From: Eledone cirrhosa
Taxonomy: Eukaryota
Direction of reading: 5' to 3'
Assembly: GCA_964016885.1 (NCBI GenBank)
Contig: OZ024749.1
Coordinates: forward strand, 12,090,001 to 12,154,000
DNA length: 64,000 nt
How positions within the stretch are numbered: position 1 is the stretch's first letter; each line of letters begins with the position of its first letter. Below, piece by piece: positions 26,064 through 38,268 of the stretch. The notes below the pieces were generated by a model. The model searched no databases and was not told the DNA's origin. It saw nothing but the letters and a program-made list of their open reading frames with translations. The position numbers and the translations under genes are program-made.

Positions 26064-27225
26064 TATGAGGGTGGGCTGAAAAGTTCATAAGCTGGTTAGG
26101 AAATCTTGCATGCATTAATTTCGACTCTTATTAATAACTTCATTGTTTCTTTTCAGTTAACCTGACATCTGACTGTTCAAAGAAGGCGTCAAATGTAACT
26201 AGTAGTGACTTCTCTTGAAAATGGACAAAATTTGGCATTGTGGTGTTATAAAGTACCTGCAGAAAAGGAGTTTAGTCCCCAAGGACATTCATGCTGACGT
26301 GGTTACTACCTTAGGGGGGCTACACTCCAGCTTTATCAACAGTGCAAAGGTAAGCAACTGAATTTAGGAGGGGAAAGGAGAGTCTTGAATATGACCCAAT
26401 GTCTGGACAACCTGCAAGTGCCACCACAGAGGAAAACATTGATCCTGTTCATATTTGGTGATGGATGACAAGCAATTGACTACAAATCAAATAGCCAATG
26501 CTATGAGCATATCCCATGAGAGAGTTGATAATATTCTGCACAATGAACTTGGCATGACAAAGGTCTTTGCTTGGTGGGTGTCCTGGCTTCTGACACCTGA
26601 TTAAAAGTGCACCAGGTTGATCACATTGCAGGAAAACCTGACATTGTTTGAGGCAGATCTAGCTGGTTTCCTTAAATGTTTCCTAATCCAGGATGAGTGT
26701 TGGGTTCATCACTTTGCGCCAGAGACAAAGAGACAATCCAGGCAGTGGAAGCACCCCCTCCTCACCTGCTCCAAAGAAGGCCATGGTCATTCCATCTGCA
26801 AGTAAGTTGATGGCCTTAGTTTTTTTGGTGCAAAAAGCATTGTGTTTATTGACTATCTTCAAAAGGGCCACGCCATCAATGGAGAATACTATGTCAACTT
26901 GCTGAGGCAGTTATGAAAGGCTACCAAAACTAAACACCCAGGAAAACTGATGAAAAGGGGGTCTTGTTTCATCAGGACAATGCTCCAGCATAGTCTTTGG
27001 TTTCAGTGGTTGCTGTGTGAGACTGTGGCTTAGAACTGGTTGATCACCCTCCCTATTCTCCTCATTGGCCCCATCTGACTATCATTTGTTCCCCAACATA
27101 AAAAAACACTTGGGTGGAAACCAGTATCACAGAGATGATAACGTCATATCTGCTATTGATAACTTTTTTTACCAACAGGATGAAAGCTGCTTCACCAATG
27201 GGATCCAAGTACTGCAACACTAATT
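26064..27225 (+). mobile_element. Decayed mariner DNA transposon; right TIR not seen
   Basis: TA followed by TIR-like tgagggtgggctgaaaagttcata. ATG at 26221 (MDKIWHCGVIKYLQK). WVSWLLT, DECWVHHF, FHQDNAPA and HPPYSP/APSDYHLFP motifs, with stops. Confidence 0.92.
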
Positions 27226-28106
27226 AAAGTATTTATCTAAAATCTTTCCATCGTAATTGTATGTAAGAACCTTTAAGTTATGTTCCAAGCACCAAATAAA
27301 TAATGAGAAAGTTATATAATTGAATTCCTCTAAATTATTTGAAAATCAAAGACAATGTCTTTCATTAGAAATATATTAATGAAAGGGTTAAGCAAGCACA
27401 TTCAAAATTAAAGAAAGCATTTCCAGTTGCTTAGCAATAAAAATTACTCAGCAGTTGAGTAATGAAAATAATATGTTTACTGTAGATACTTGTGTATAAG
27501 TCAGACCTTTTCCCATGAAAACAATGAAAAACTAGAGTGTAATTCATCGACTGTAAATTTTGTGTGTGCTATGTGTGTCTGGTTTAGAAAAGGTACATTA
27601 TATTATGTGCTGTCAAACAGGTTTGGACCAGGAAGGGTTATCTGGCTATAAAACATTGTCTCAAAAGGGACTCAGTGATGAATAAGCCTGTCACAGGACC
27701 TGCAAGGTTAACCCTTACTTTAGCAGGGAAAGAAACTTTTTTTTCTCGCCATGCTGACATGGGTTGGATGGGTCATTACAAACCAAGTCGAAACTTTATC
27801 GGAACTACTGTTTTCCTAGATGGGTTAGGGAACCACATCTCACTGAAATACATTCCATTTTAGGAAATATTTATACAACTGAATGTCCTTCCTAATGCTA
27901 ACCGCTTTATAGTATGTACTGGGTGCATTTTATATTAGCAGCAATGGAGAAGTTATCTCCTTGACATCACTGAAAAGTCTTTATATTGTAAGTAAAATAG
28001 AGGTGTCACTTATACTTAAGTATATACAGTATTGAGCATTTTTTTTTGTTTTGTTTTGTTTTGTTATTTTGCTTTGTTTCTGTAAATAAACTTGAAGACT
28101 ACTCAC

Positions 28107-28228
28107 CTGACAAAGAGTAGTCATTCTTTCTACTCTCGCTGTCTCTTATTAAAAATGAGCCATGTTCATTTTCAGGTAGTAGCAATTTTTTCTCTGCTTC
28201 AACACGCCGTATTTTTCCAAAATACCAT
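28107..28228 (-). CDS. Src42A: Internal coding exon of a Src42A/FRK-family non-receptor tyrosine kinase (N-terminal half of SH2 domain)
   Basis: The minus strand reads tttttttcAG|A TGG TAT TTT GGA...TCT TTG TCA G|GTGAGT. This is a 122-bp exon with canonical splice sites (phase 2 in, phase 1 out). It encodes [40 protein letters not shown], with the WYFG and [10 protein letters not shown]2 motifs, and closely matches Src42A as I recall it. It is too short for the ORF track. Confidence 0.95.
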
Positions 28229-29394
28229 CTGAAAAAAAATAACAGATTCCAAAATGAAATTTATGCTCCAATAAAATTTACAATCATTATTATTTTCTTC
28301 TATAAAAATAAAAAGGCTGTGGTAAGAATACAAATACAGGACCCCTAGAGTTCCGTAAAAAATCAAAAACACATTGAAACCTGTAAAGAAATAAAAAAGT
28401 AACGGTCATTAGACTACAGCCATGCTAGGGCACTGCCTCTTTTTTGTCAATAATATAAAATCCAGTATTTATTTTTTTCAAGTTTGGTAATTATTTCATG
28501 AAACCATTTTTTTTTAGCTGCTAAGTTACAGGTGTAAACAGATTATATTTCCAATGTTAGCTGTAGTCTTAAATCTATATTTAACATCAAACAAGACCTG
28601 GGTCACATTGAAGCAATCTAAATTTATATTTAACATCAAACAAGACCTGGGTTACATCGAAGCAACTTAAATCTATATTTAACATCAAACAAGACCTGGG
28701 TTACAACATTGAAGCAACCTCTCCAACAGAGAAAAGAAATGGTTAGCTACTATCTTTCTCAAGTTTGTAAACACAAGAATAAAAACATTATTAAGGTAAC
28801 TAATGGACTTGAAAGAAATCACAAAAAATACAAAAACTGACACAGATCATGGGTTAACCTCTATCTTCCACTGGGACTTGTTTTCAGCCAAAGGATCTGT
28901 AGCAACATAAAAATGAAGGTCATTGCTCAAGGACATAATGTGTCACCCAGGCTCAGAATAAAAAAAACAATGACCTTGTAATTGAGAGCCCAACACTAAC
29001 CACTAGCTTACTCTCACTATTTAACACTAGATGGCTCTCTAAAGAACTATTTCTTATATCATTTAAACAGCCCTTCTAAAAAGACATTGAATATCACAAC
29101 TGCCTTTTGTGGAATAAATAGAAACATTTTCCCAATTCTTACATACCTTAAATTATCAGAAGTTTCAGCTATTGACATGTATCTTTTACAACTACATGAA
29201 ATAAGTAGAGTATTCATTGATTGACAACACAACTAATTTTGAAATTTAATCAATCATGGCTGTGTGTCAATACCATGTCTCACATGATAGCTGGAGATAG
29301 AGAAATGTAAGATATTAAATGTTGAAATAATATTTTGTATCATTGGCATGGAATCATAAATTTGTGAAGGTAGAGTGTAGTTGATTAAATCAAT

Positions 29395-29590
29395 TGTTGG
29401 ATTGGCAGAATTAGTAGAGGCTCGGACGCCATGCTTTGCAGCCTAGAGTTACGTCCCTTTACAATTTTAGTTCAAAATTCCACCGAAGTTGACTCTGTCT
29501 TTCATCCTTACGGGGTAGATAAAATAAAGTACCAGTATTGTATTGGAATAATTGCTGGCCTTGTGCCAAAAGTAGAAACAATTATTTTAT
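29395..29590 (+). mobile_element. Family A SINE
   Basis: Similar to 313-505. Confidence 0.8.
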
Positions 29591-30174
29591 CGACCCAGAC
29601 AGGATCAACTCAGCAGTATATTTACTCAGAATTTAAAGGGTCAGGCATAACTGCTTTGATACCAAACTGCCCATTCTTCTACGATACAAAGTTGTTTGTT
29701 TTTAAATGTTCACACTTAACCATTTGCATTACTCTATATATACTATTGTATTTTTGTGGTATAAGGGTGAGATAATTCTGGCTGGATACAGCCGGTTTAA
29801 ATGCTAAAGGGTTAAATTTTATGACTGAAAATTTTGTTATGAGCGTCATAATGAGAAGATTAGTTATTCTACTAAATTCCATCAAATTCCTGATTATTTT
29901 GAAAATTATTTGAAAATCATTGACAGTGTCTTTTATTAGAAATATATTAAAAAAGGCATTAACATGTGAAAGGAATTTGGTCTGTTGCTTGACTTTATCT
30001 GTCAATAATAGAAAAGATGTTTAGAGGTAAACACTAAATTGTTAAAATTCTCGACTGATTATACAATCAGTACTTTAGAGATGAAGTAGATTTATAAATA
30101 TTTCCACTAAATTACCTTTTATTTTATTCATATGATATTCTTATGCAAAACCAGTGAACCATATAATGAAAAAG

Positions 30175-31740
30175 CAGAGTCCCCCGCTCCATTATCTGGT
30201 GGGCCCTTAGAAAACTAGGGGCTGATGAATGGCTTGTGAGAGCTATACAAGCATTGTATAAAGAAACAGTCAGCAAGGTTAGAGTTAACAATGAATATAG
30301 TGAAGAGTTTAACGTAAAAGTTGGTGTTCAACAGGGCTCTGTCCTTAGCCCCCTTCTATTTATTATCGCCCTCCAAGCTATAACGGAGGAGTTCAAAACC
30401 GGCTGCCCATGGGAACTGCTATACGCAGATGATCTAACGCTCATAGCTGAATCAATGGCTGAACTAGAGAAGAAATTCCAAACATGGAAGCATGGCCTAG
30501 AATCAAAAGGCCTTAAAATTAACTTGTCTAAGACTAAAGTTCTAATATGTAGGAAGGAGAATAGGGCACTGGTCCCATCTGGGAAATGGCCATGCTCAGT
30601 GTGTAGGAAAGGAGTAGGCAGAAACTCCATTTTATGTCCCAAATGCAAAGTATGGGTGCACAAAAGATGTAGTGGGATCACAGGTAAGCTAACTAAGAAT
30701 ATAGATTTTATATGTGGCCGGTGCTCTGGTGCAATAAGTAGCAGCAAATGCCCACAGAATACTAGCTCATTCCATTGCCCAGATGGTTCTATAGAAATAG
30801 TAGACACCTTCCGTTACCTGGGTGACAAAATGAGCAGTGGTGGAGGGTGCTCTGAAAGTACTGTAGCTAGAGTCCGAACGGGGTGGAAAAAGTTCAGAGA
30901 ACTTATACCACTATTGGCCGCTAAGGGTTTCTCTCTAAAAATGAAAGGCAGGCTGTATGATGCCTGCATACGAACAGCGATGTCACATGGCAGTGAGACA
31001 TGGGCCTTGTGTGCTGAGGATCTACGCAGACTGGAGAGGAACGAAGCTAGCATGCTCCGTTGGATGTGTAATAGTAATATATGCAAACGGCAAAGCATAA
31101 ATGAACTAAGTGAGAAATTAGGAATAAGAGGGATCAGATCCTGTTTACTCGAGAGAAGACTACGTTGGTATGGTCACGTGATACACATGAAAGACGATAG
31201 CTGTATAAAAAAGTGCGGAGCAATCAAAATAGATGGTAGCTACGGAGCAGGCAGACCCAGAAAAACCTGGGACGACTTGATAAATTCTGACCTCACACCC
31301 TTACACCTCTCCAAGACAATGTCACTGGACCGAGATCTTTGGCTCTACGCGGTAAAACAGAAGACCCGCCTTGCCTAAGTACAAAGCGAAACCTACAGCC
31401 AGTAGGCACCTCTTAACCAAAATACACCCCCGCCCCACTACCCCCACCCCTTTCGATGTAAAGTTATGTTGGTACAACATCCAGTCCTAAATAAATGAGG
31501 TCGTGTAGGTGTCACGACAAAAAAAAACACACAGTCCACGCTGTAATGTGGCCGTGTAGGAAACACGGTAAAAACCTCCCAGTCCACACTGTAAACGTAG
31601 TTGATGTTAGGAAGGGCATCCAGCCGTAGAAAACCCGCCAGACAGTTCCGAGCAAGACAACCAATCTTGCCTCAAGTGGGACAATTCCCGTCCAGACCCA
31701 TGCTAGCGTGGAAGATGGACGTTAAACGATGATGATGATA
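30175..31740 (+). mobile_element. RTE LINE family 1, 5'-truncated, with uninterrupted ORF to 31378
   Basis: Open frame from RVPRSIIWWAL through QGSVLSPLLF, YADD, the PHD-like finger, FRYLG, GSETW and LRWYGHV to the stop. Followed by the 3' UTR and (GAT)n. Confidence 0.97.
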
Positions 31741-32796
31741 TATATGTATTTAATATGCTTAGTAAATATTTAAAAGTAAAACGCAGAAGAACAATACAGT
31801 AAAATGATGATACATATATATATATCAGTTTAATGCTTGATATAATAGGGAAAGAGTCATAACGTTTCGGACGTTAGTCCTTCATCAAAAGATAAAATAA
31901 GAGCTAGAAGAAATAGGATACCCAAGAGTAAGCAAAGGAAGAAATGTTTACAAGTGGAAACCTGTGTGTTTTCTTCCATTTGATTTTATTTCACGATATA
32001 TTGGATAGTTAAGTTTTATTGCACTACTCTTTCTTTGGAAATGATTTTTAATTTTGACAATAAAAGTGAAATGAGAAGTTAATTAAGAGTTAGAACAATT
32101 TACAACACTTATTCCATTAATACACAAATCTATTGCCAAAATATTTACAATTTTGATAGAAATGTAGCATGATTAATATAAGAAGAATACAAAGTATATC
32201 TCCAAGGCTATCAGTAAATATGGAACATTACATTAGAATATATATATTTCATTTGATAGAGTGCACAGTTAACTGCAGTGAAACATAAATATATATGTTG
32301 TCTAGCTGCAACAACAGAATGTTAAAGTGGGTTTATAAAGTTAATTATAGACGTTACTTGATATAGATTAAGCATGAATTACATCTAGACTGTTGTTGTA
32401 TCACAATACAATCATTCAGAAACACGAGACAGCACTTAAAAAACATCAACTACTATATTTATTGGCTAATAGTAGAGGTGATAAGAAACCAATAATATGT
32501 AAGAGAGAGTATTGCTTTTATTAAGTGCTTGTTTATTCAGGCAGAAAATCAAGTTATAGTTTTAGTGAAATATGTCCAAACCTTGACAGCAGTGAAAATG
32601 AATGTTGACCCTTCTCATACCAAACCACCAGAAATTGCTCTGTTTTTATGACACAAAACTGGTCATTTGAAAATGTTTACCCTTATATTAAAACTTTCAT
32701 CATTTTATTTTAGAAATGTTTAAGTAATGTTTTATAAGTCAGTATACTAATGAAAAACAAGTTATTTTATTAAATTCCACCAAAGTTGGAATATAG

Positions 32797-33008
32797 TTTA
32801 CTCAGCTGTAGAAATGAGATGATAGGGACTGGGGTCCCCATCATTCCACTGCAAAGTGGTCGTGGAGGTGCCACGGCAAAAAAGCACCCAGCACTCACTG
32901 TAAATGAGGTTGGTGTTAGGAAGGGCATCCAGCTGTAGAAATCAAGCCAGAATCAGTTCCCGTCCTACCCTTGCAAGCAGGGAAAAGCGGACGTAAAAAA
33001 AAAAAAAA
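32797..33008 (+). mobile_element. 5'-truncated family B SINE with an A-rich tail
   Basis: Matches the reverse complement of 19320-19572, but carries one 48-bp module. Confidence 0.9.
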
Positions 33009-33009
33009 T

Positions 33010-33163
33010 TTCAGATCTCGTTAAGGGTGAAAGCAGTGATTCTTTGCTTAAACTTTAATCTGTTATTTTAATAAATATTTGCTCTAGGGTTCTTATATAT
33101 TGATATATATTTATCCTTATCGAGCTCTCTTTGGATTTTAGTCTTCATATTTATTATTATTAC

Positions 33164-33165
<2 letters not shown>
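33010..33165 (+). repeat. Dispersed repeat (possible Penelope-type terminal sequence)
   Basis: Nearly identical to 40160-40314. Confidence 0.75.
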
Positions 33166-33206
<41 letters not shown>

Positions 33207-33282
33207 AAATGTGGGCAATATTAAATATTATCCAATTAAAGTATAAGAATAGCTCAATGTAAAATAACAAGTATATTACAAA

Positions 33283-33328
<46 letters not shown>

Positions 33329-33339
33329 CACACATATAC

Positions 33340-33380
<41 letters not shown>

Positions 33381-33391
33381 GGCACACATAT

Positions 33392-33447
<56 letters not shown>

Positions 33448-33958
33448 ATATATATATATATATATATATAAAGGAGCTCTTAAGAGTCAATGGCCATCCA
33501 AAATCACCGGGAGAGATGACCCCTTAGCCTTTGTCAAGGCAGAATTCTAGGAGAAGGAAAACTCTGATATAACACCTGCAACCCTGATGGTATCCAATGA
33601 TGTTGACTTGTTCTTCTTTTTGGTAAATATCATCTTGGTTAAGAGAGTGGGACTGGCTTTGTGCAGTGCCTTTGCTCACTATAAAAGCTTCACGGCACAG
33701 GCATTGCTTTATATCTGGAGATCTCTCTGCACTTGTCCTCACATGGTACCATGGGCCCAGCACTATGTGTCAATAATTGTCACAAGTGTAGTGTTTGTAC
33801 CAGAGTTTTCAAGTCGATGGCTGGACTAAAAAGTCACACTCGTTCAGCGCTTCGGTAGGGGTTCTCCTACATGGATATAAAGTAGTGGCCGTACTCGAAA
33901 ACGAGTTGGCAGCCACCATATATATATATATATATATAGGCACACATATACATGTGTA

Positions 33959-34014
<56 letters not shown>

Positions 34015-34046
34015 CACACATATACATGTGTGTGTGTGTGTGTGTG

Positions 34047-34090
<44 letters not shown>

Positions 34091-34118
34091 CACACATATA
34101 CATGTGTGTGTGTGTGTG

Positions 34119-34176
<58 letters not shown>

Positions 34177-34337
34177 TACATGTGTGTGTGTGTATATATA
34201 TATATATATAATTCAGCGCCGAAACATCGGTTCGGGAAACATTTACAGCTGACGATGGAAACTCCTCCCTCCTGTTCCGTCCTAACCACCATCCTAAACC
34301 CTGTTTTTAGTAACCACACAGCTCCTTTCATTTCATA

Positions 34338-34377
<40 letters not shown>

Positions 34378-34400
34378 CACACATATACATGTATATATAT
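33166..34400. repeat. Compound (TA)n/(TG)n microsatellite field with a recurring ggcacacatatac anchor, interrupted by insertions
   Basis: Seen directly. Confidence 0.9.
33472..33920 (+). mobile_element. Short RTE-derived element (5' UTR motif joined to a zinc-finger-coding 3' end)
   Basis: ctaggagaaggaaaactctga is an RTE 5' UTR-type motif (from memory). The 3' part encodes [20 protein letters not shown]. Confidence 0.6.
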
Positions 34401-34779
34401 TTATGTAATATTCACCCATTAACCATTTGTGTATTTCAATAATAGCTTGTTTTTAATACAAGCTTTGCGGTGCATGACATCAAGCCATTAGACTAAATGT
34501 TTAGGGTTTATTTTACCTTGGTGGTTAGTTTGGGGGAGTTTATAGTTGAGATACATAAGGAGAAGATGGAACATGGCCTACTACATAATGTGGCTTTATT
34601 ATACAGTAACTATGTAATATGACAGCTGCAGCCTCATGTCTGTCTTCCTCATTTGGTGGCTAGTTTAGTCCATTTTAGTTTATATAATCAGGATTGCATG
34701 TCGGGGGTTGGTTTGGCAGGGTTTATGATTGCAGGCTTACAGTGTTTTCTGTTATGGGTTAAGGCAATTTGAGTTTTGT

Positions 34780-35007
34780 TTAACCCTTTAGCATTTAAAC
34801 CGGCCATATCCAGCCAGAATTCTCTCGCCTGTTTCTGTTCAAACTGGCTGTAATAGTCCACTCATACTTATGTTAAGACATTTTCCTCAAAATAAATAAT
34901 ATCAAAATCTCATAGATTCAACATTATGTGAGATATTATGTAAAATAAAGCCTTTACCGTGAAAATACAATAGTAAATATAAAGTAATGTAAATGCTAAA
35001 GGGTTAA
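34780..35007. mobile_element. TTAA-flanked MITE (same family as 23283)
   Basis: ttaa-ccctttagcattta ... taaatgctaaaggg-ttaa. Shorter copies at about 29716-29815 and 47316-47441. Confidence 0.85.
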
Positions 35008-35149
35008 GAGTTAAGGAAATCAATGGTTTTATTTACGTACATATATACATTTGAATTACACTCTCAGGCACTTTTGCCTTGGCCTCCTCTTCTACGGCTA
35101 CCTTCCATTAGGAGTTTCTGGCACATCTTTACCCAATAAATACAGGCAT

Positions 35150-35510
35150 TTATTTGACAGATATAAAATGTTAGTCAATAAAATGTACAGAAAAAGAAAG
35201 CAGCATTGGAAAGGACTATAAATGCCATAAATGAAAGGAAAATAAGAAGGACTATTTGGCAATCATTCATACACACTTCTACCAGTTACAAAAAAGATAA
35301 GGCAGAGGAGAATGAAAGTTACAGGTCAATGTTTGTCACCATGAGGAGATAGTAAGTGAACTTGTTCTGTAGGAAACATTAGATGAATACACAAACAGGA
35401 AAAGAAATTACATTGATAGCCTTCCAGAAGATACCAGAGTGGATAGTGTTGACAAAGAACTTTGGAGGGCACATGAAAATATGGATGGGTGACCTGGAAA
35501 TCAGTATAGA
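35150..35510 (+). mobile_element. Highly decayed RTE-like 3' fragment
   Basis: KIRQRRMKVTGQC and YIDSLPEDT remnants. Confidence 0.5.
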
Positions 35511-35989
35511 TAGATGGATAGATTGTTATGAGTGCAAATTCCATCAGAGTGAACTCAGTTTCTTGCTGCTCTGTTTGATAAACCCTGCAACTTTAAAATA
35601 TTGGTTGAATGTAATCAGTTGCATCCCTATTCTAGAAAAATGTTTACCTTGTCAGAAGAAATCAATATTACCATTTTTCTCCCTATTTGATTAACAGATT
35701 AGTGTCAAACTAAATGTTTATGTTTGCTGGTATTTCATCTTTTGAAAAATTTTCATTTGACAGAAATAAATCCTGTATAAATGAAGTCAATTGTTGCATT
35801 TTAAGTTTAAGATCAATATTTGTTATTTCAATATTTGTTATTTCAATTTAGACTGATATCATCATCATTTTTGATTATTTATCCATGCTTATATATTTTA
35901 GATGTCTTTTCTCCTCTACAGCTTCCTTATACTTTTTTTTTTTACCTTTGTAATCTCCTTGTTTCTCTCCAGCCTCCTTCACATACTAC

Positions 35990-36350
35990 TTTTCATTCAA
36001 TACCCATGCCTCACCACCATGTAGCATACCACTTTTCCTTCAATGCCTCACCACCATTTAGCATACTGTTGTTCATTCAATGCCTCACTACCATGTAGCA
36101 TACTGCTGTTCATTCAACGCCTCACTACCATGTAGCATACCACTTTTCATTCAACGCCTCACTACCATGTAGCATACCACTTTTCATTCAACGCCTCACT
36201 ACCATGTAGCATACCACTTTTCATTCAATGCCTCACTACCATGTAGCATACCACTTTGTATGCTGGCTTCATATAATCTACTTCATTGCCAACAGAAGTA
36301 ACAGCTCCCTGGACTTTTTCCACCCTCTTCTTACTCTGGCTTCTGCTAAT
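35990..36350 (-). repeat. 37-bp tandem repeat (about 6-7 units) inside a decayed RTE fragment
   Basis: The unit's reverse complement encodes SGMLHGSEA. The adjacent sequence encodes ARVRRGWKKSRELL. Confidence 0.8.
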
Positions 36351-37059
36351 TAGTTCACTTAGGTCACCAGATAATAATCAATAAAAACCTTTTCATTATG
36401 ATACAACGGAATGAATTGCATTACTTTATTTAAAATATGGCAGCTCTATAGTGAAACGTTGCATTTTCATCTTTTCGGTGCCATAATCAATCAATCAATC
36501 ATCATCATCATTTGACTGGAGGAGCAGACAGCCACAATTCTCCTCAACCCCATTGCAGCTGTCATACTCAAATGGGGTTCCATGGTTGGGTGATTAGCCC
36601 TGGCTATCGGTCAGATTTGAGTCCCTAGATAGAATTTGAACTCAGAATGCCAAGTGCTGTAACAGCAAGACATCTTGCTCAATGCTTCAACAATTCCATC
36701 GATCCACTCCCATGGACTTTTACTTTATTTTATCGAAAAGCAAAGTTGACCTCAGCAAGATTTGAACTCAGACTGCAAAGAACTAGAACAAATAGCACAA
36801 GAAATTCTATCTGATGCTTTAACAACTCTGCCAATTCACATAAAACAGATTAATAGAAATTTTCTAAATATATTTTACAAAGGTTTAGTATATATAAATG
36901 GTGACAAATATTGTTTTTAGATGTACTTATCAACTTATGAAGATGAAGGACCATTTTATATCACCCTGCTTGACTTAGTTTTATAAATGATAGTGACTTC
37001 TCGAAAGTATCTTGAAAATAAAACCTCTTTAGATAAAGGTAGTGTTTATTTTGTTTATT

Positions 37060-37450
37060 AGTGATCAGCTTTGTCTGTGAAAATTGGACAGATATCTGAC
37101 ATGGAACAAAGAATCCAGCTATTTTGCACAACTGCCTTAAGTGCGACATATCAGAACATAAGACAAACAGCTTTATTAGGCAACAAGTCACCAAATATGC
37201 TGGTGGGCAAAAACCTCTTCATGCAATAATGAAAAGACAAAAGTTTGCCTAATATGGTCATGTATATCATTATGACTCCCAGTCCTAAACCATTCTCCAA
37301 GACACAATTGAAAAAGGATAAGGAATAGGTAGCAAAAAATTCCTGGTCTGACGACATCAAGGATTGAACAGGTTTCAACACTGTAACCCTTTGTGTATGA
37401 CAGAAGATAATGGAGGACAGAGATCAGTGGCAATTAGGGTCAGCCAAAAT
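37060..37450 (+). mobile_element. Decayed RTE-like 3' fragment
   Basis: EHKTNSFIRQQV...MKRQKFA*YGHV...TILQDTIE...WSDDIKD*TG. Confidence 0.7.
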
Positions 37451-37859
37451 GTCTAGAATGGTATTCCATTAATTAGCTGCACCATTTGCAGGAAGATGAT
37501 GTTTTCTAAAATACAATATATACTTGGATATATTTCATACTTTTTTGTTTAAAATATTTTGACTTCATTATTTAATATTTCAAGCCCAGAGCAAGGTTGT
37601 CGCATGTGACTTTTCACTTCTGATTTTGGTTTGGAGTAAAAAATAAAAATAAAAATGCCTCAGAGGACAGAGACCAGCGATTGGCAGAGAGATAACCCCC
37701 AAGGTGGGTGACAGGCAGATGTAATAAAGTATGTTGGCACACAGATGTGCAAGTATGTTGGCACACAGATGTGCAAGTATGTGGGCACACAGAAGTGTGC
37801 CCAAAGAAGGAAATAAAGAAAGACAAGTTCTCACACACATCTTCACTCTCATCAACTCC

Positions 37860-38055
37860 CAGATCAGCAAAATGGTTTTGCACGATTTAATTGAGAGTAC
37901 CATTATAAATGCTGGATCGTGCAACAGAAAAATAAATCTTTCTGCTGGTACGATGTGTGTGACAAAACAAACAGCACAGCAGAAGGACAAAAGAAGGCAA
38001 AGAAAAGAAAATATTAGGATATGGACCTCAAGCTGTGGTGTCTGTCCTAAATAGA
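37860..38055 (+). mobile_element. Possible decayed piggyBac transposase C-terminus
   Basis: DLIESTIINA resembles the piggyBac D..IINA motif. RKENIRIWTSSCGVC resembles the Cys-rich tail. Inference only. Confidence 0.35.
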
Positions 38056-38130
38056 AAATTAATCATAGCTATGATAAAGTTAAATGAATAAATGTTGTCT
38101 CTGATCGAGATGAAGCAAGAGTGTATAAGA

Positions 38131-38268
38131 ATTTATATAAACATGAGAAAACTCATTGATAGAACAGCCATTAAAACAGTCTGTTATTTTGGCCCATAGC
38201 TGTCATTGACAGCATTTGGCTGTTTTAATGGCTGTTCTAGCAATGAATTTTCTCAATTTTTTATGAAT
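38131..38268. repeat. Inverted repeat / MITE-like hairpin
   Basis: Arms gagaaaactcattgatagaacagccattaaaacag and ctgttttaatggctgttctagcaatgaattttctc. Confidence 0.85.

Noticed and set aside
34215-34270. GAAAC-atcg-GTT ... CTGACGA arrangement resembling a type II hammerhead
   Set aside because: Stems I and II pair too poorly to support a call.
33166-34340. YI/HT/CV-rich ORFs, plus the similar ORFs at 9555-10010, 39497-39679 and 45929-46322
   Set aside because: Microsatellite translations.
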